From: Mobula hypostoma
Taxonomy: Eukaryota
Direction: 5' to 3'
NCBI RefSeq assembly: GCF_963921235.1
Contig: NC_086097.1
Span: 40,364,001-40,428,000 of the forward strand
DNA: 64,000 nt
Shown one piece after another: positions 47,562 to 59,974 of this stretch (its first letter is position 1; each line of letters starts with the position of its first letter). Both the position numbers and the translations under genes were made by a program. A model generated the notes under the pieces. That model was not told the origin of the DNA, made no database searches, and saw only the letters and a program-made list of their open reading frames with translations.

Positions 47562-48913
47562 AGGGACTGACTCTGTCCCTTCCCTAGCGGTTCGCTTAAC
47601 AGCTCAATACAGCCATTCCAAATTTCCGCTTTTCCTTTCCCCGTCTCCTTCCTTGGGGCAAAGCACCTGGACGCAAAGTGTCCGACTTTCCCACAATTAT
47701 AACAGACGACCCCAGGAGACTTCCTACCAGGCTGCTCCCGGTCTACCTTATCCTTTTCACTAGTCCCCGGCTTACTTTCTGACTTTTCCGGTGGACTCTC
47801 CCCGCCGTCCTGACTACCCTTCTGGTAGCCTTTACTCGGGGCAACCTTCATTTTATGCGTCAACGCATACTCATCCGCTAACTTAGCAGCTGCGGTTAAC
47901 GTGGCTGCCTCTTTCTCATCGAGGTAGGGTCTCATACCCTCAGGGACACAACCTTTAAACTGCTAAATCAGAACCAGTTGCAGCAGTCTGTCATAATCCC
48001 CCTCTACCCCTTTCGAGGCGCACCAACGCTCACAATATGTTTGCATCTCACGAGCAAACTCCAAATACGTGCGGTCCCACCGCTTCCTCGCATTCCGGAA
48101 CCTCTGCCGGTATGCCTCCGGGACCAACTCATAAATCCTGAGGATGGCCTCCTTCACCACCTCATACTTCTGGGCATCTTCCGCGGATAAAGCTGAGTAA
48201 GCTTGTTGGGCTTTCCCTTTCAGTACACTCTGAAGTAAGACAACCCACTTATCCCTCGGCCATTCCTGACTTATAGCTACTTTTTCGAAGTGGAGAAAGT
48301 ACCGATCCACATCGGTATCGTCAAATGGGGGAACCAGCCTAACCTCCTGGGTCGCCCGGAACCCTCCACCTTGGTTCGGCACGAGCCCCTGCTCGGCCCT
48401 TATCTTTAACTTCTCCAGCTCAAATTCCCTTTCCCTCTGTTTCTCCTCTCTCTCCAACTGTCTTTCTCTCTCTTGCCTTTCTACCTCTTTCTCTCTCTCC
48501 CGCCTTTCTAACTCTCTCTCTTTCTGCTGCCTTTCTAACTCTCTCTCTTTCTCCTGCCTTTCTAACTCTCTCTCTTTCTCCCGCCTTTCTAACTCTCTCT
48601 CCTGCCTTTCTAACTGCTTCTCTTCGTGTTCTAACTGCCGTACCCGGAACTCGTGCTCGAGTCTCAGTTTTTCAAGCTGTACCTGTACCGCGTCTCCAGC
48701 AGGTTTTTCAATAGACACCTCCCCCAGCTCACCTTGGGGAAACACACCTTTAGATACATAGTGCTCTACAATAGCTCTGTGTATCTCCTCTCTCCTCATT
48801 GTCGACTTCACCTTAGCAAGATTCACCCGTTTGGCCACAGCTATCAATTCCGATTTCCTGGCATCCTCTAATGCCTCCAAGGTCGGCGCCTTTATAAATT
48901 CCTCAACCTCCAT
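47519..48913 (-). pseudogene. gag: Gag with coiled coil, SCAN-like capsid domain and CCHC knuckle; one in-frame TAG
   Basis: VPPFDDTDVDRYFLHFEK..GKAQQAY..VPEAYRQRFR..LQLVLI*QFKGCVPEG..LADEY..CYNCGKVGHFASRC. The TAG is at 47965-47963. Confidence 0.9.
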
Positions 48914-51649
48914 TTCTGCTGTTTGTCTTTTCTTTCTTTCGGGAATTTTAACCCAATCAATTTACTCCGTCCCAAATTTAGCGTTCAAAATCGCGGACGA
49001 GAACCCCACTTATGTTACGTACCCCGTAACTGGGTTGCCAAACCAGCAGAAATGGATCACTCAGTTGGAGTCTGGAGTACTAGAACTAAGAAAGTTTTAT
49101 TAAGGAAACAAGCAACACAGTAATCGAAAGGATAATAAATGCAACAGTTCAGTGATGATAAACACACATGTGCACAGAATTAAGATAACAGCATCAATCA
49201 AGCTCTATCGTTGTCTAGGGGTAAATGACCAATTTCAAAATGACTCAAAGTTCAGTCCAGTTTAGTAGTTCAGTTCGCAGTAATCGTTGCCATGGCGGTG
49301 GACAACGTGGGGGAAGAGAGAGATAGAATAGGAACAACTCATCATTCAGAACGGCTTCACTCACAGACCAGCAAGATGGCTCACAGACCAGCGAGATGGC
49401 TCACAAACAGCTTTTGGGCAGGTCCTTGGTGATGTCACCTGAGGTCACCGACTGTGACCCCTCCTCCAGATGCGGTCGATCCTCTGCAGTGAACCCGGCA
49501 CCCAGGCAAGGGCGGACACACACCGGGTTCCCGCTGATCGTACCTTTCCACCCTTGTCGTTGTCTGGGACTTCTCACCCACTCGTGAGAAGCGCACCGCT
49601 TCCAGGGTCTCGTTACCTCGGGTGGCGTGTGTGTCTGTCTTAGCGAACCTGTCCCTTTTTATCCCCCTGCTGGGGTATCGCCTGTCCATCACTTCAAACA
49701 GTTCAGGGCTCAAAGGGGGGAGCCGCTCCAGACAGCTCTTCCTCCCACATCCCTTCATTACACATCTCCAGACGCTGCTCCATTGTTCCTTATCTCTCCT
49801 TCCCCTGAGGGCAGGTGGCAGACCAACTGCTGATGCCACTGATGCTAGCCCAGGCCAGCAAACATCTTAATTTTATGTGTATTCTCGTAACAGTCACAAT
49901 GTTTTAATCAGAGCCTGATGCATTTTGTCCGAGCACTACCCTTGTTTATAGGACATCGGCTTGAAACTTTCTGGGTGATTTCAGACATTTGGTATCTCTT
50001 TAACCTCCATAAACATTTTTACCCAGCCTACGGATGTTCTATGAACATTAATGGGTCATGTATTGGCACAACCAGGTTCTTCTAATGGTTAAGGTGCTCT
50101 TGGCAGATTGAACACATCTTCCTTCTAATCTGCATCTATCGATGGAGTTATAAATAGTAACAGTGTATTTGATATCACATATAAAAAGCAAGGCTTCAGG
50201 GAGATTATACTTGGTATAATGCAAACTCTTCTGCAGTTCTAAAGGTGTGTTGGATACCCCAATATACCCCTGTCATTTTATAGATACATTTGACTGACCT
50301 CATGTGTGTAAATGTTGCTTCCCTGTCAAATATTATAAATCACTTCTCAATTTGCCTATCTGTACATATATAATTTTTGACTAAATTATAAAATGTAATA
50401 TATTTCCATTTACTACTTCAGATTTAGAACTAATAATCTAGAAAAGTAATTCAGTCAATGGAGTAATTAATAATTCACTGTGATATTAAGGGCTCTATAC
50501 TTTAACCGGATGCAGTGGTACCTCTGATTTCAGCTGAGTGAAATACACTGATTACTTGGATCTTTCATGATATAAATCAAATATGATAACTGTTTTGCAA
50601 TTAAGCAATTGCTATGGATTCTTAAAGAGTCAAGTTCTTAAGGAAGTACAACAGGTTCTAAATTTATTTTTTTTTACTCTGACAGGAATACTGTATTTAT
50701 TGTAATCACAAATCCAAAGCCAAATCCATTTTTTAAATGCAAAAGAAAATTTCAGCACTTTCCAAATTTAAGGAAATCCAGCTCTAGTCAAGAAATAATC
50801 AGTCTGGACACATCAGGTATGTTCTGCCATATAAAGCATAGTCTAACATTTGTATTGCATTCAGACATTGTTCAGCATTAATGTAGTTGCTTAAATAAAG
50901 TAGCACAGTTTCCAATTGTTACTTTTCACTCTGAGCATACATTTCAATCTGTAACAGTGAAAGAGGCTAAGGAATATTAATCAGAAGAATTACTTTCCAC
51001 TTGCCTGGATAAGTGTATCTTCAACAGCTCTAAGGTGCTCCAAACCAGCCAGTACAAAGCCAAAATATTCACTCCTCACATGCCAATGCAGAATTGCAGC
51101 AGTGTATATCTTTCAGGAAGTTCCGAGTAGCCACTCATCATAGTCATCTGACAGAACCTACAAAACTGCATGATCTCTACCACATAGAATTTTAGGGCAA
51201 TAGGTATTTTGGATCAGAACCATCGGCATGTCCCCCTCCAAGCCACCCATCATCCTGACTTAGAATTAACATCGCTGAGCCTAAAGCACCAGAGAGCTGT
51301 GTTATTTATTACCATCTGTAAACAGCTTTTAGTGATGGACAGTGAATGCCAGCCTTGCCTATAATCCTCAGATACTATAACCAAATAAACAATGTCAATC
51401 AACTCCTAACACACAGTACACTTGGTTATTCTAAAAGCTGTCGATTTGATTAAGATTTGTCTTGTCTGGTTCAAGCAAGATGTACAAAACTGGTCAGGTT
51501 ATTATAATCGAAACTTACCTGGTTCAACTAGGTTCTTTAAACTACAGTTGCTAGAAGAATAATTCAGAAATATTTTCATATCTGAGAGAATATTATTATT
51601 AACCTGCACTCCTGCACCTATTTTCTATGTTTCTATGTTTCTATGTTAA

Positions 51650-52246
51650 GACGAGGGAACACACACCAGGCCTCATAGAGGATTCAGAAGTGGAAAGAGT
51701 GAGCAATCTCAAGTTCCTGGGTGTCCGTATCTCTGGGGATCTCTCCGGGGCTCAACACACCGATGCAGATCCAAAGAAGGCACAACAGCAGTAAAATTTC
51801 ATTTGGAGTTTGAGGACACTTGGTACACACACTCACAAATTTCTACAGATGTACCATGGAGAGCATGCTAACAGGCTGCATCACCGTCTGGTATGGGGGA
51901 GGGGCACTGCACAGGATCGAAATCAGCTGCAGGAAGTTGTGAACTCAGTCAGCTCCAGCATGGGCAGCAGCTTACCCGGCATCCAGGACATCTTCAAGGA
52001 GCGGTGCCACCCATCACCCAGGACATGCCCTCTTCTCATTGCTACCATCAGGGAAGAGGTACAAAAGCCTGAAGAGGCACTCGCAACAATGCAAGAACAG
52101 CTTCTTCCCCTTTGCCATCTGATTTCTGAATGGACGTGAACCCATGAAAACTACCCCACTACATTTTTTTTCTCTTTTTGCACTATTCGATTGATTTAAC
52201 TTTTCTAATACATATGTATGTATATACCATAATTCACAGTTTTTAT
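51650..52246 (+). mobile_element. Rex1-like LINE 3' part (tail continues at 54150-54241)
   Basis: Homologous to 12216-12880 (ERVSNLKFLG-type and CITVWYG-type sequence). Split by the HERO-like insertion. Confidence 0.75.
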
Positions 52247-52571
52247 CAAGTGACCCGAAGGTGGCTAGAGCAGGGATCCAAGTGAGGACTGGCAGGAAGT
52301 GGAGGGCAGAGGAAGCTGTTCAGGAAGCAGAGGTGAGGCTGCGTCACAGGAGGCTGGTGGGAGTGGTCACACGAGGCCGAGCTGGGCTAGGATCCTGTCC
52401 AACTCCCCAAATGGACACCAGAGGGAAGGAAAGGCATCGCCTAGTTCAGGAGGAGGTGAGATCAGTAGTGGAGGAGACGAGAGCCTGCAAGGCGGTGGGA
52501 ATGAAGCAACAGGGAGCTTGGACAAGATGGGAGAATGCAGTTGAGAGGAAAGTGACCTGGGCTGATCTTTG

Positions 52572-53242
52572 TGTCAAGGTCCAGTCCATGAAGTATGCAT
52601 TCCGGTTCACCGTCCGGTCCCTGGACTCAGAACTCCGGGTCTTCCAGCTGTCCCTTGTTTTGATTGAGTTAAGCATAGGCACCTGATTCCCATCTTGGGT
52701 CTTGGAATATAAGTAGCCTCGAGGATCCCAAGCCAAGCTCTAATAACCCAAGCCTTGAGGATCCCAAGCCAAGCTCCAAGAACCCAAGCCTTGAGGATCC
52801 CAAGCCAAGCTCCAAGAACCCAAGCCTTGAGGATGCCAAGCCAAGCTCCAAGAACCCAAGCCTTGAGGATCCCAAGCCAAGACCAAGACCCCGGCTTCCA
52901 TGCCTCAAGACAAAGACTCCAGCCTGCAGCCCCAAGCCTCTAGGCCCCAGCCTCATCCTATCCTGTAGTCATGTCATGTCCTGGTTCTGGGGCCTGAGCC
53001 TGAGGCAAGACCCAGGTTCTGGGTCCTTGTCCAGTCTTTGGCTCGGAGCCGAAGCCCAGGCTCTTAGTGCATAGTTCCTTATCTGGGTTCCCTGGCTTGT
53101 TCATGCCCTAGCCCAAGTCTGCGTTCTTGTCCCTGCTCCTTGTCTGTATCCTGTCACATCCCTACTCTAGTCAAGTCTTGTTCCTTGTACTTTGGTGTCT
53201 GTGTCTCGCATTTGGGTCTGCTACCAGCACCCCATTGTGATA
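52572..53242 (+). mobile_element. Solo LTR inserted in the HERO-like ORF
   Basis: TGTCA...GTGATA termini and TSD CTTTG/CTTTC (52567-52571 / 53243-53247). The host ORF resumes after it. TATA-like AATATAAG near 52706. Confidence 0.75.
52721..52885. repeat. 36-bp tandem array, about 4.5 copies
   Basis: GAGGATCCCAAGCCAAGCTCCAAGAACCCAAGCCTT-type units start at 52721, 52757, 52793, 52829 and 52865. Confidence 0.92.
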
Positions 53243-54012
53243 CTTTCGAAAGCTGAACCACACTTGTATCCAATTTCTCATCCAGACAGTGTACGATGTG
53301 CTTCCAAGCCCATCAAACCTGCACACATGGGGCAAGGCAGAGTCATCTGCGTGCCCACTGTGATCCAAGCGAGGAACCCTGCAGCACATCCTCAGCGGCT
53401 GTGCAAGGGCACTTGATGAGGGACGGTACAGATGGAAGCATGATCAGGTCGTGAAGATCATCGCTGAAGCCATCAGCGCAGGAGTTGAGTGGGTGAAGTG
53501 GTCTCGACCCTCCAAGCAGACCATTGCCTTTGTCAGAGCTGGGGAGCAGCCAGTACCTGCCAAAAGAACATCTGCAGGCATCCTGACCTCTGCAAGGGAC
53601 TGGCAGCTGTCGATGGACCACGAACGGCAGCTGAAGTTCCCCAACCATATCGCAGCCACCACCCTGTGACCAGACATTGTCCTAGTGTCTGAGTCTACTA
53701 AGCAAGTGGTGTTGCTGGAGCTGACAGTCCCATGGGAAGATCGCTTGGAGGAGGCCTTTGAAAGGAAGCTCTCCAAGTACGCAGGACTGGTCAGCAACTG
53801 TCAGCAGGCTGGATGGAGAGCGAGGTGTCTCCCAGTGGAGGTTGGTTGTAGGGGATTTGCAGCCCGTTCTTTAGTTAGAGCCTTCAGCATTTTGGGCATC
53901 GAGGGAGAGAGGAAGAGGAGATCCATCCGCAGTACCACCGATGCGGCAGAGAGGGCCTCAAGATGGCTGTGGCTCAAAAGAGGGGAGCCATGGAGTCATA
54001 AGTAGCTAGCCA

Positions 54013-54130
54013 TCTGGACACAAGCTGGGGTCTGATCAGCCCCGGCTGGGTCACCTGGAGGAGGTTGTGTGATGTTGAAAGACCCAAAAAACCCGATGAT
54101 TCCAGGAACATCACTAAACATGTGTCCAGA
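54013..54130 (+). ncRNA. Structured HERO-like 3' UTR: same fold as 37403-37521 but with a mutated hammerhead core
   Basis: Helices UCUGGACACA/UGUGUCCAGA, GGGUC/GACCC, CCUGGA/UCCAGG and UGAUGU/ACAUCA, plus hairpin 54023-54047. Confidence 0.65.
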
Positions 54131-55669
54131 AGCATCAGTTGATGTATGTACACAGATTATTATGTATTGAAATGTACTGTTGCCACATAACAACAAATTT
54201 CATGTCATATGCCAATGATATTAAACCTGAAACTGATTCTGAGAAAATGTCTTGTGTACATTAATGAAACTATTAAACTGTTCTATTCAGCATTTTAATA
54301 TCATTGACAGTGATTTTAAAATCTGGTTATTAATGGGAATTGGATTTGATTTACTCATCAAAAACATTTTGTCTTTCGCACTTGAAAACATTATTGATCA
54401 TTTCAACCAGGCTCTAGCGGGTTACCATTTTTTGTTCATCATGGAAATTGCTTTTAAAGGAAAAGAAAATAAGTAAATTATATATTCTACGTTTCTTTTC
54501 AGACAGCTCCTTGCCTCTGTTGATGACATGACTCTGGTTGTGAGGTGACTGATGAGGCCAATGTGGGACTCACAGATGGAGCAAAAGTTACCTGATGGGA
54601 CAGGTTGGCGGTGGTTTGTGAAATAGCGTACTCCTTTACTCCTTACAGTGGGTTTCTGAGCATTGTTGAAACATGGATTCAAGGTCCACTACCCTGTACC
54701 GATGTATTGGCTCATGAAGAGTTTTATATTTGTGGATTTTAAAAGGAACATTTACTGCAACCTAATTATTTCAATTTCAAACAGATTATACACAGTTTCT
54801 CTAGATTCAGAACAAGATTTCCTCATGAATTCTTCGTGATAAGCAGAGAATCTTAAATTTCTAATGGTACTGCAATATTTTCAAAAGGTGCACTATATAG
54901 TTTGTTATCCGTACATTCAGGCTGGAATGCTGTTGGGGTGGATTTGGCTGGCTGATTCATAAAGATGTGAGAAATGGTTATGATGCAGTTTCATGAAGAA
55001 TGATGTTGATATAAAATTCTTTTCAGATTTGACAAAATAAAAGTTATTGCTTAACTTCAGGAGTGTCTTAATTCCACTACGTCAGCAGTATCAGACCTAC
55101 AGGCATTCAATGTTATGATCGTCAATGTTTAATAACATATACTGTCAGACAAACCAAGCTGCTATCTTTCTTTACCATTCCTGCTGTTTGCTCACTGAGC
55201 ACCCCATACCAAAATACATCCCCAAAAGTAATTACTCAACATATAAGAACAGAATTAAAACTTACATTAAAGTGTGGAGAGTTAAATTCAATCTGAATTA
55301 ATTTGTTAGTAATGTTGCAGAACAAAATTTATAGTATTGGTTTGTGTTTTTATAGAACACAAACCAATGCCATATCATATTGATTTGTCTTTTGATAGAA
55401 GTCTTTTTTTTAATGCTGTTGAACCTTCAAGTGAACTGGTTGCGTAAGTCTCATGGTAACAAGGTTTTATTGTCATCAATTGTCAATGTTTTGGCTCACG
55501 CAGCAACACAAACATCATGGTTCCATCAACTGTTGCAGATTGAAATTGGTGCTAGAAGCAATCTGGAACTCAAACATATTAAAGACCATTGATTGTTCTC
55601 ATCAGAGAAGCCAGTGATTTTTGAACATGTACACTTGTAATGGTAGGTGTGCTGATTCTGAATTTGAAT

Positions 55670-56480
55670 CTGAATTTGAAATTGAGTTGACTTTATTTCT
55701 TACATCCTTCACATACTTGAGGAGTAAAAATCTTTACGTTATGTCTCTGTCTAAATGTGCAATGTGCAATTTATAGTAATTTGTGAAAAATAGTATGTGC
55801 AACAGGACAGTCGATATAACATAGAAATACAATTGTCCATCAGTGTGAATTAATCAGTCTGATGGCTTGGTGGAAGAAGCTGCCTGTTGGTCCTGGCTTT
55901 TATGCTGTGGTACCATTTCCTGAATAGTAGCAACTGGAACAGTTTATGGTATGGAGTGACGTGTCCCCAGTGATCCTTCGGGGCCCTTTTCACACACCTG
56001 CCTCTGTAAGTATCCTGAATAGTGGAAAGTTCACATCTACAGATGCACTGGGCTGTTCGCACTACTCTCTGCAGAGTCCTGCAATTGAGGGAAGTACAGT
56101 TCCTATACCAGGCAGTGATGCAGCCAGTCAGGATGCTCTCAATTGTGGCCTTGTAGGAAGTCTTTAGAGTTTGGGGACTCACACCAAACTTGTTTAATTG
56201 TCTGAGGTGAAAGAGGTGTTGTTGTGCTTTTGTTACTACACAGCCGGTATGTACAGTCCACGTGAAATCCTTGGTGATGTGTATGCCAAGGAACTTAAAG
56301 CCGTTCACACACTCAACTCCAGATCTGTAAGCCTGTCTCCATTCCTCTTGTAATCCACAACCAGCTCCTTTGTTTTTGCAACACTGAGGGAAAGGTTGTT
56401 TCCTTGACACTACTGTGTCAGAGTGATAACTAATTTCTGCAGGTGCCTCATTATTGCTTGAGATTCTTACACTTAACTGC
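55670..56480 (-). mobile_element. Rex1-like LINE 3' part
   Basis: FKFLGIHIT..KAQQHLFHLRQL..IESILTGCITAWY..SIKARTNR. Confidence 0.85.
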
Positions 56481-56889
56481 CAATAACATAACATTCAATT
56501 TGTTACTTATTGTTCTGACTCAGTATTTTGGTATGTTAATTGTGTACCTAGCTCAGAAAGTAATTATTATATGGGCAAGCATTGAAAAATAGTTGCTTTT
56601 TTAGAAGGCAATAGAAAATGCTTTTTTGCTGGATACGAAAAGATGCTGCAAAATTATAACAATAATTAATTTCTAATCAGTACGGAAATATTTAAATGCA
56701 GCATTGTTGCTAACCTTATGCACCAGGAGTTGATGCATTCATGTAGATGGGCCAAAAGGCCAGCATGAACATAGTGGGCTCAGGGGTTTGTTTCAGTGCT
56801 GTACATTCCATGATCTTACATCATGAGATACAGGGATATCTCAACTGTATGTATATTTAAACTTCTTATTAAGGCTGTACTTCAGAACT

Positions 56890-57365
56890 TGTTGGAGAAG
56901 ACCAGTATCATCCTGGTACCTAAGAACAATAAGGTAAAGTGCTTTACCCTGGTGACTGACATTTACCACCATGAAGTGCTTTGAGAGGCTGGTCATAGCA
57001 TGCATCAGCTCCAGCCTTCCAGATAATTTTAACCTGGTGCACTTACCTACTGCCAAACACCAGTCAACCACAGATGCCATCTCCCTGTCCCTACATTCCT
57101 GGGGTATGTTGACAGTAAAGACACCAATATCAAACATGTTTTTATTATTGAATACAGCTCTGCCTTCAATACTGTAAACCAAACAAGCTCACTTCCAATT
57201 TCCTAGACTGGGACTCCACTTCACTTTGCAACTGGATCCTTGACTTCCAGACCGACAAACCACAGGCAGTAAGGATAGGCAGCAACACTACTACCACAAT
57301 TATCCTCAACATTGGTGCTCCACAAGGATGTGTAGTCAGTCCCCTACTCTACCTCCTATACACAG
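56890..57365 (+). mobile_element. Rex1-like RT fragment
   Basis: MKCFERLV..STTDAIS.., followed by GAPQGCV-coding sequence. Confidence 0.75.
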
Positions 57366-57635
57366 CACAGATGAAGTCTCATGGATATTAGTGTAGTTTA
57401 TTAGTGTAGTGTAGTTAGTGGGTTGCTTTACTTGTCAGATTTTAAAAGTTAGTAAATCGGTAAAAAATGCATGGAGTCATTTCCTTTATTAGCCAATGCA
57501 AAGAATGCTAAGAGCAGAACAGTTTCGCTGAAACTACATGTAACGTTAGTAATGCAATGCCTCGATAATCCATGCATTTCTGATCACCATTTATAGGAAA
57601 GAGCTGATTGTACAGGAAAAGGTGCAGAGAGGATT

Positions 57636-58735
57636 TAAAGTCAAAGTAAATTTATTTTCGATGTATATATTACCGTACACCACCTGGAGATTCATGTTCT
57701 TGCAGACATTTAAAGGAAAGTAAAGAAATTTCAATAGAATTTATGAAAAACTATACATAAGCAAAAATTGTCAAACAGCCAATGTGCAAAAGAAGATAAA
57801 TTGTGCAAATTAAAATTTTAAAAATAAATAATACCGACAGCATGAATTTGTGGGTCTTTGAAAGTGAGGCTGTAGATTGTGGAATAAGTTCAGAGTTGAG
57901 GTGACTTAAATTATCCATGCTGGTTCATGAGCTTGATGTTTGAAGGGTAATAATTGTTCCTAAACCTAGTAGTGTCAGACCTAAGGCTCCTGTATCTCCT
58001 GCCCCGTGGTACTAGTGAGAAGAGAGCATTCTAGTGGCAACACTCCATATAAATGTGCTCAATGGTGGGGACATCTTTGCCTGTGATGGTCTGGGCTGTA
58101 TCCACCACTTTCTGTAGACTTTTCCATTCCTGGGCATTGATAGTTCCATACCAGGCTGTGATGTAACCAGTCAGGATATTCTCCATTGTGCATTTATGGA
58201 CGTTTATCAAAGTTTTAAATGATATTCTGAATCTACACAAACTTCTGAGAAAGTAGAGGCACTTCCATGCCTTCCTATGACGGCTCTTCTATGCTGGTCC
58301 CAGGACAGAACGTTTGATATGATAATGCTAAGGAATTTAAAGTTACTGTCCCTCTGCCCCTCTGATCTCCTAATGAGTACTGACTCATGGACCTCCGGCT
58401 TCTTCCTCCTATAGTTAATTACCAGCTCTTTGGTGTTTCTAATGTTGAGTGAGAGATTGTTGTTGTAGCACCACTCAACCAGATTTTCAATCTCACTTCT
58501 ATGTGCTGATTCATCACCACCTTTGACTTGGCCAACAACAGTTGTGTCATCAGCAAACTGAAGTATGGCAATGGAGCTGTACTTAGCCTCACAGACATAG
58601 GTATACTGAGTAGAGAGGGAGCTATGCACACAGGCTGGTGGCGCACCTGTACTAATGGTGATTGTGGAGGAGATGTTGTTGCCAATCCGAACTGACTGGC
58701 GTCTGCAAGTGAGGAAATCGAGGATTGGTTTGCAC
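57636..58735 (-). mobile_element. Rex1-like LINE 3' part
   Basis: [36 protein letters not shown]. Confidence 0.85.
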
Positions 58736-59123
58736 AGGGAGGTTGGAGTATGCTATGAAAATGTTGCCAGGGCTGGAAAATTGTAGCACTGAGAAAGTTT
58801 AGCATAAGCTGTGCTCATTTCTACAGAACAAAGGTGGCCAACTGGAGACTAAATTAACAAATTAGGAGGCAGCCTTTTGGAGTGAATAGGAACAAAATAT
58901 TTTCTTAATTAGAGGAGTCAATTGCTGGAAGTGTTCAAGAGTAGAGAATTAAAAATTTCATCAGGTGATAGCAGGGTTCTGGAACTCACTGCTGGAAAGG
59001 TTGGCATATGCAGAAGTTGTCTTCAAACTTATTCAGCAGATAGATGTCTGCTTAAAGAACCATTCCCCACAGAATCACAGACTGAACAATAGATGATGGC
59101 ATTAGATTTGGTATCCCTTTCTG

Positions 59124-59510
59124 AGACACCGCTCCCTAAAGATGTCCTGGGCACTTTATAGGCTAGTGCCCAAGACAGAGCTGACTAGATTTACAACCTT
59201 CTGCAGATTCTTTTGGTCCTGTGCAGTAGCCCCTCTGTACCAGACAGTGATGCAGCCTGTCAGAATGCTCTCCACAGTACAACTACAGAAGTTTTTGAGC
59301 ATATTTGTTGACATGCCAAATCACTTCAAACTCCTCATAAAGTATAGCAGCCGTCTTGCCTTCTTTATGACTACATCAATATGTTGGGACCAGGTTAGAT
59401 CCTTAGAGATCTTGACACCCAGGAACTTGAAGCAGCTCACTCTCTCCACTTCTGATCCCTCTATGAGGATTGGTATGTGTTCCTTCGTCTTACCCTTCCT
59501 GAAGTCCACA
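59124..59510 (-). mobile_element. Rex1-like fragment
   Basis: VDFRKGK..VERVSCFKFLGVKISKDLTWSQH. Confidence 0.8.
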
Positions 59511-59974
59511 ATCCCCTCCATACCATTGTCTCTCTGCCTTATAGACACACCTTCTAATCCTCCCACCTTAATTCCAGATACACCTGATACCTTTCTGTGT
59601 GCTCCACTGTCACAAAACCCTTGAGCAAAAAGCGCAAGACCTATCAAGCAATATTTAATGCCTTGGGCTTCCTGAAACAGTGAGCAAGCAGATTCTCAAT
59701 CAGCATCTGTCATCCAAACTTACACTGCCCGTTACTCTACCATAATAGATTCCATATAGTTTCCAGGCCTTTTCCTCTTATCTGTAATAAAGCCGCAACA
59801 TGAACGTAGAACAGTACAGGAACAGACCATTTGGCCCACAATGTTGTGCCCAACTGCTAAAAGGCAAATCCAAAACACCCAAACACTAATCCTTCCTACC
59901 TACACCATGTCCACACCCCTCCATCTTGCTTACACCCTTGTGCCGATCCAAACATCTCTCAAAAGCCTCTAATG

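Larger units (their letters stand above)
45151..49892 (-). mobile_element. Young non-autonomous Gmr1-like Gypsy LTR retrotransposon (4742 bp)
   Basis: 880-bp LTRs at 45151-46030 and 49013-49892 with TGTTAC/GTAACA termini; no difference seen where compared. 4-bp TSD GTCA. tRNA-Pro-like PBS TGGGGTTCTCGTCCGCGAT (49008-48990). PPT AGGGGGGAAG (46040-46031). Confidence 0.95.
52247..54150 (+). mobile_element. 5'-truncated HERO-like non-LTR retrotransposon (restriction-like endonuclease)
   Basis: RTGRKW..GRAGLG..QQGAWTRWE; a CCHC-type region (ACPL*..HILSGC, degraded); RYRWKHDQV; PDIVL..ELTVPWE..KLSKY..VEVGCRGF..AAERASRWLW. Stop at 54005. Confidence 0.88.

Noticed and set aside
47963..48913. Host SCAN-domain gene
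   Set aside because: It sits between LTRs with PBS, PPT and TSD, so it is the retrotransposon Gag.
52721..52885. 36-bp repeats as a CRISPR array
   Set aside because: The units are head-to-tail with no spacers and lie inside a vertebrate LTR.
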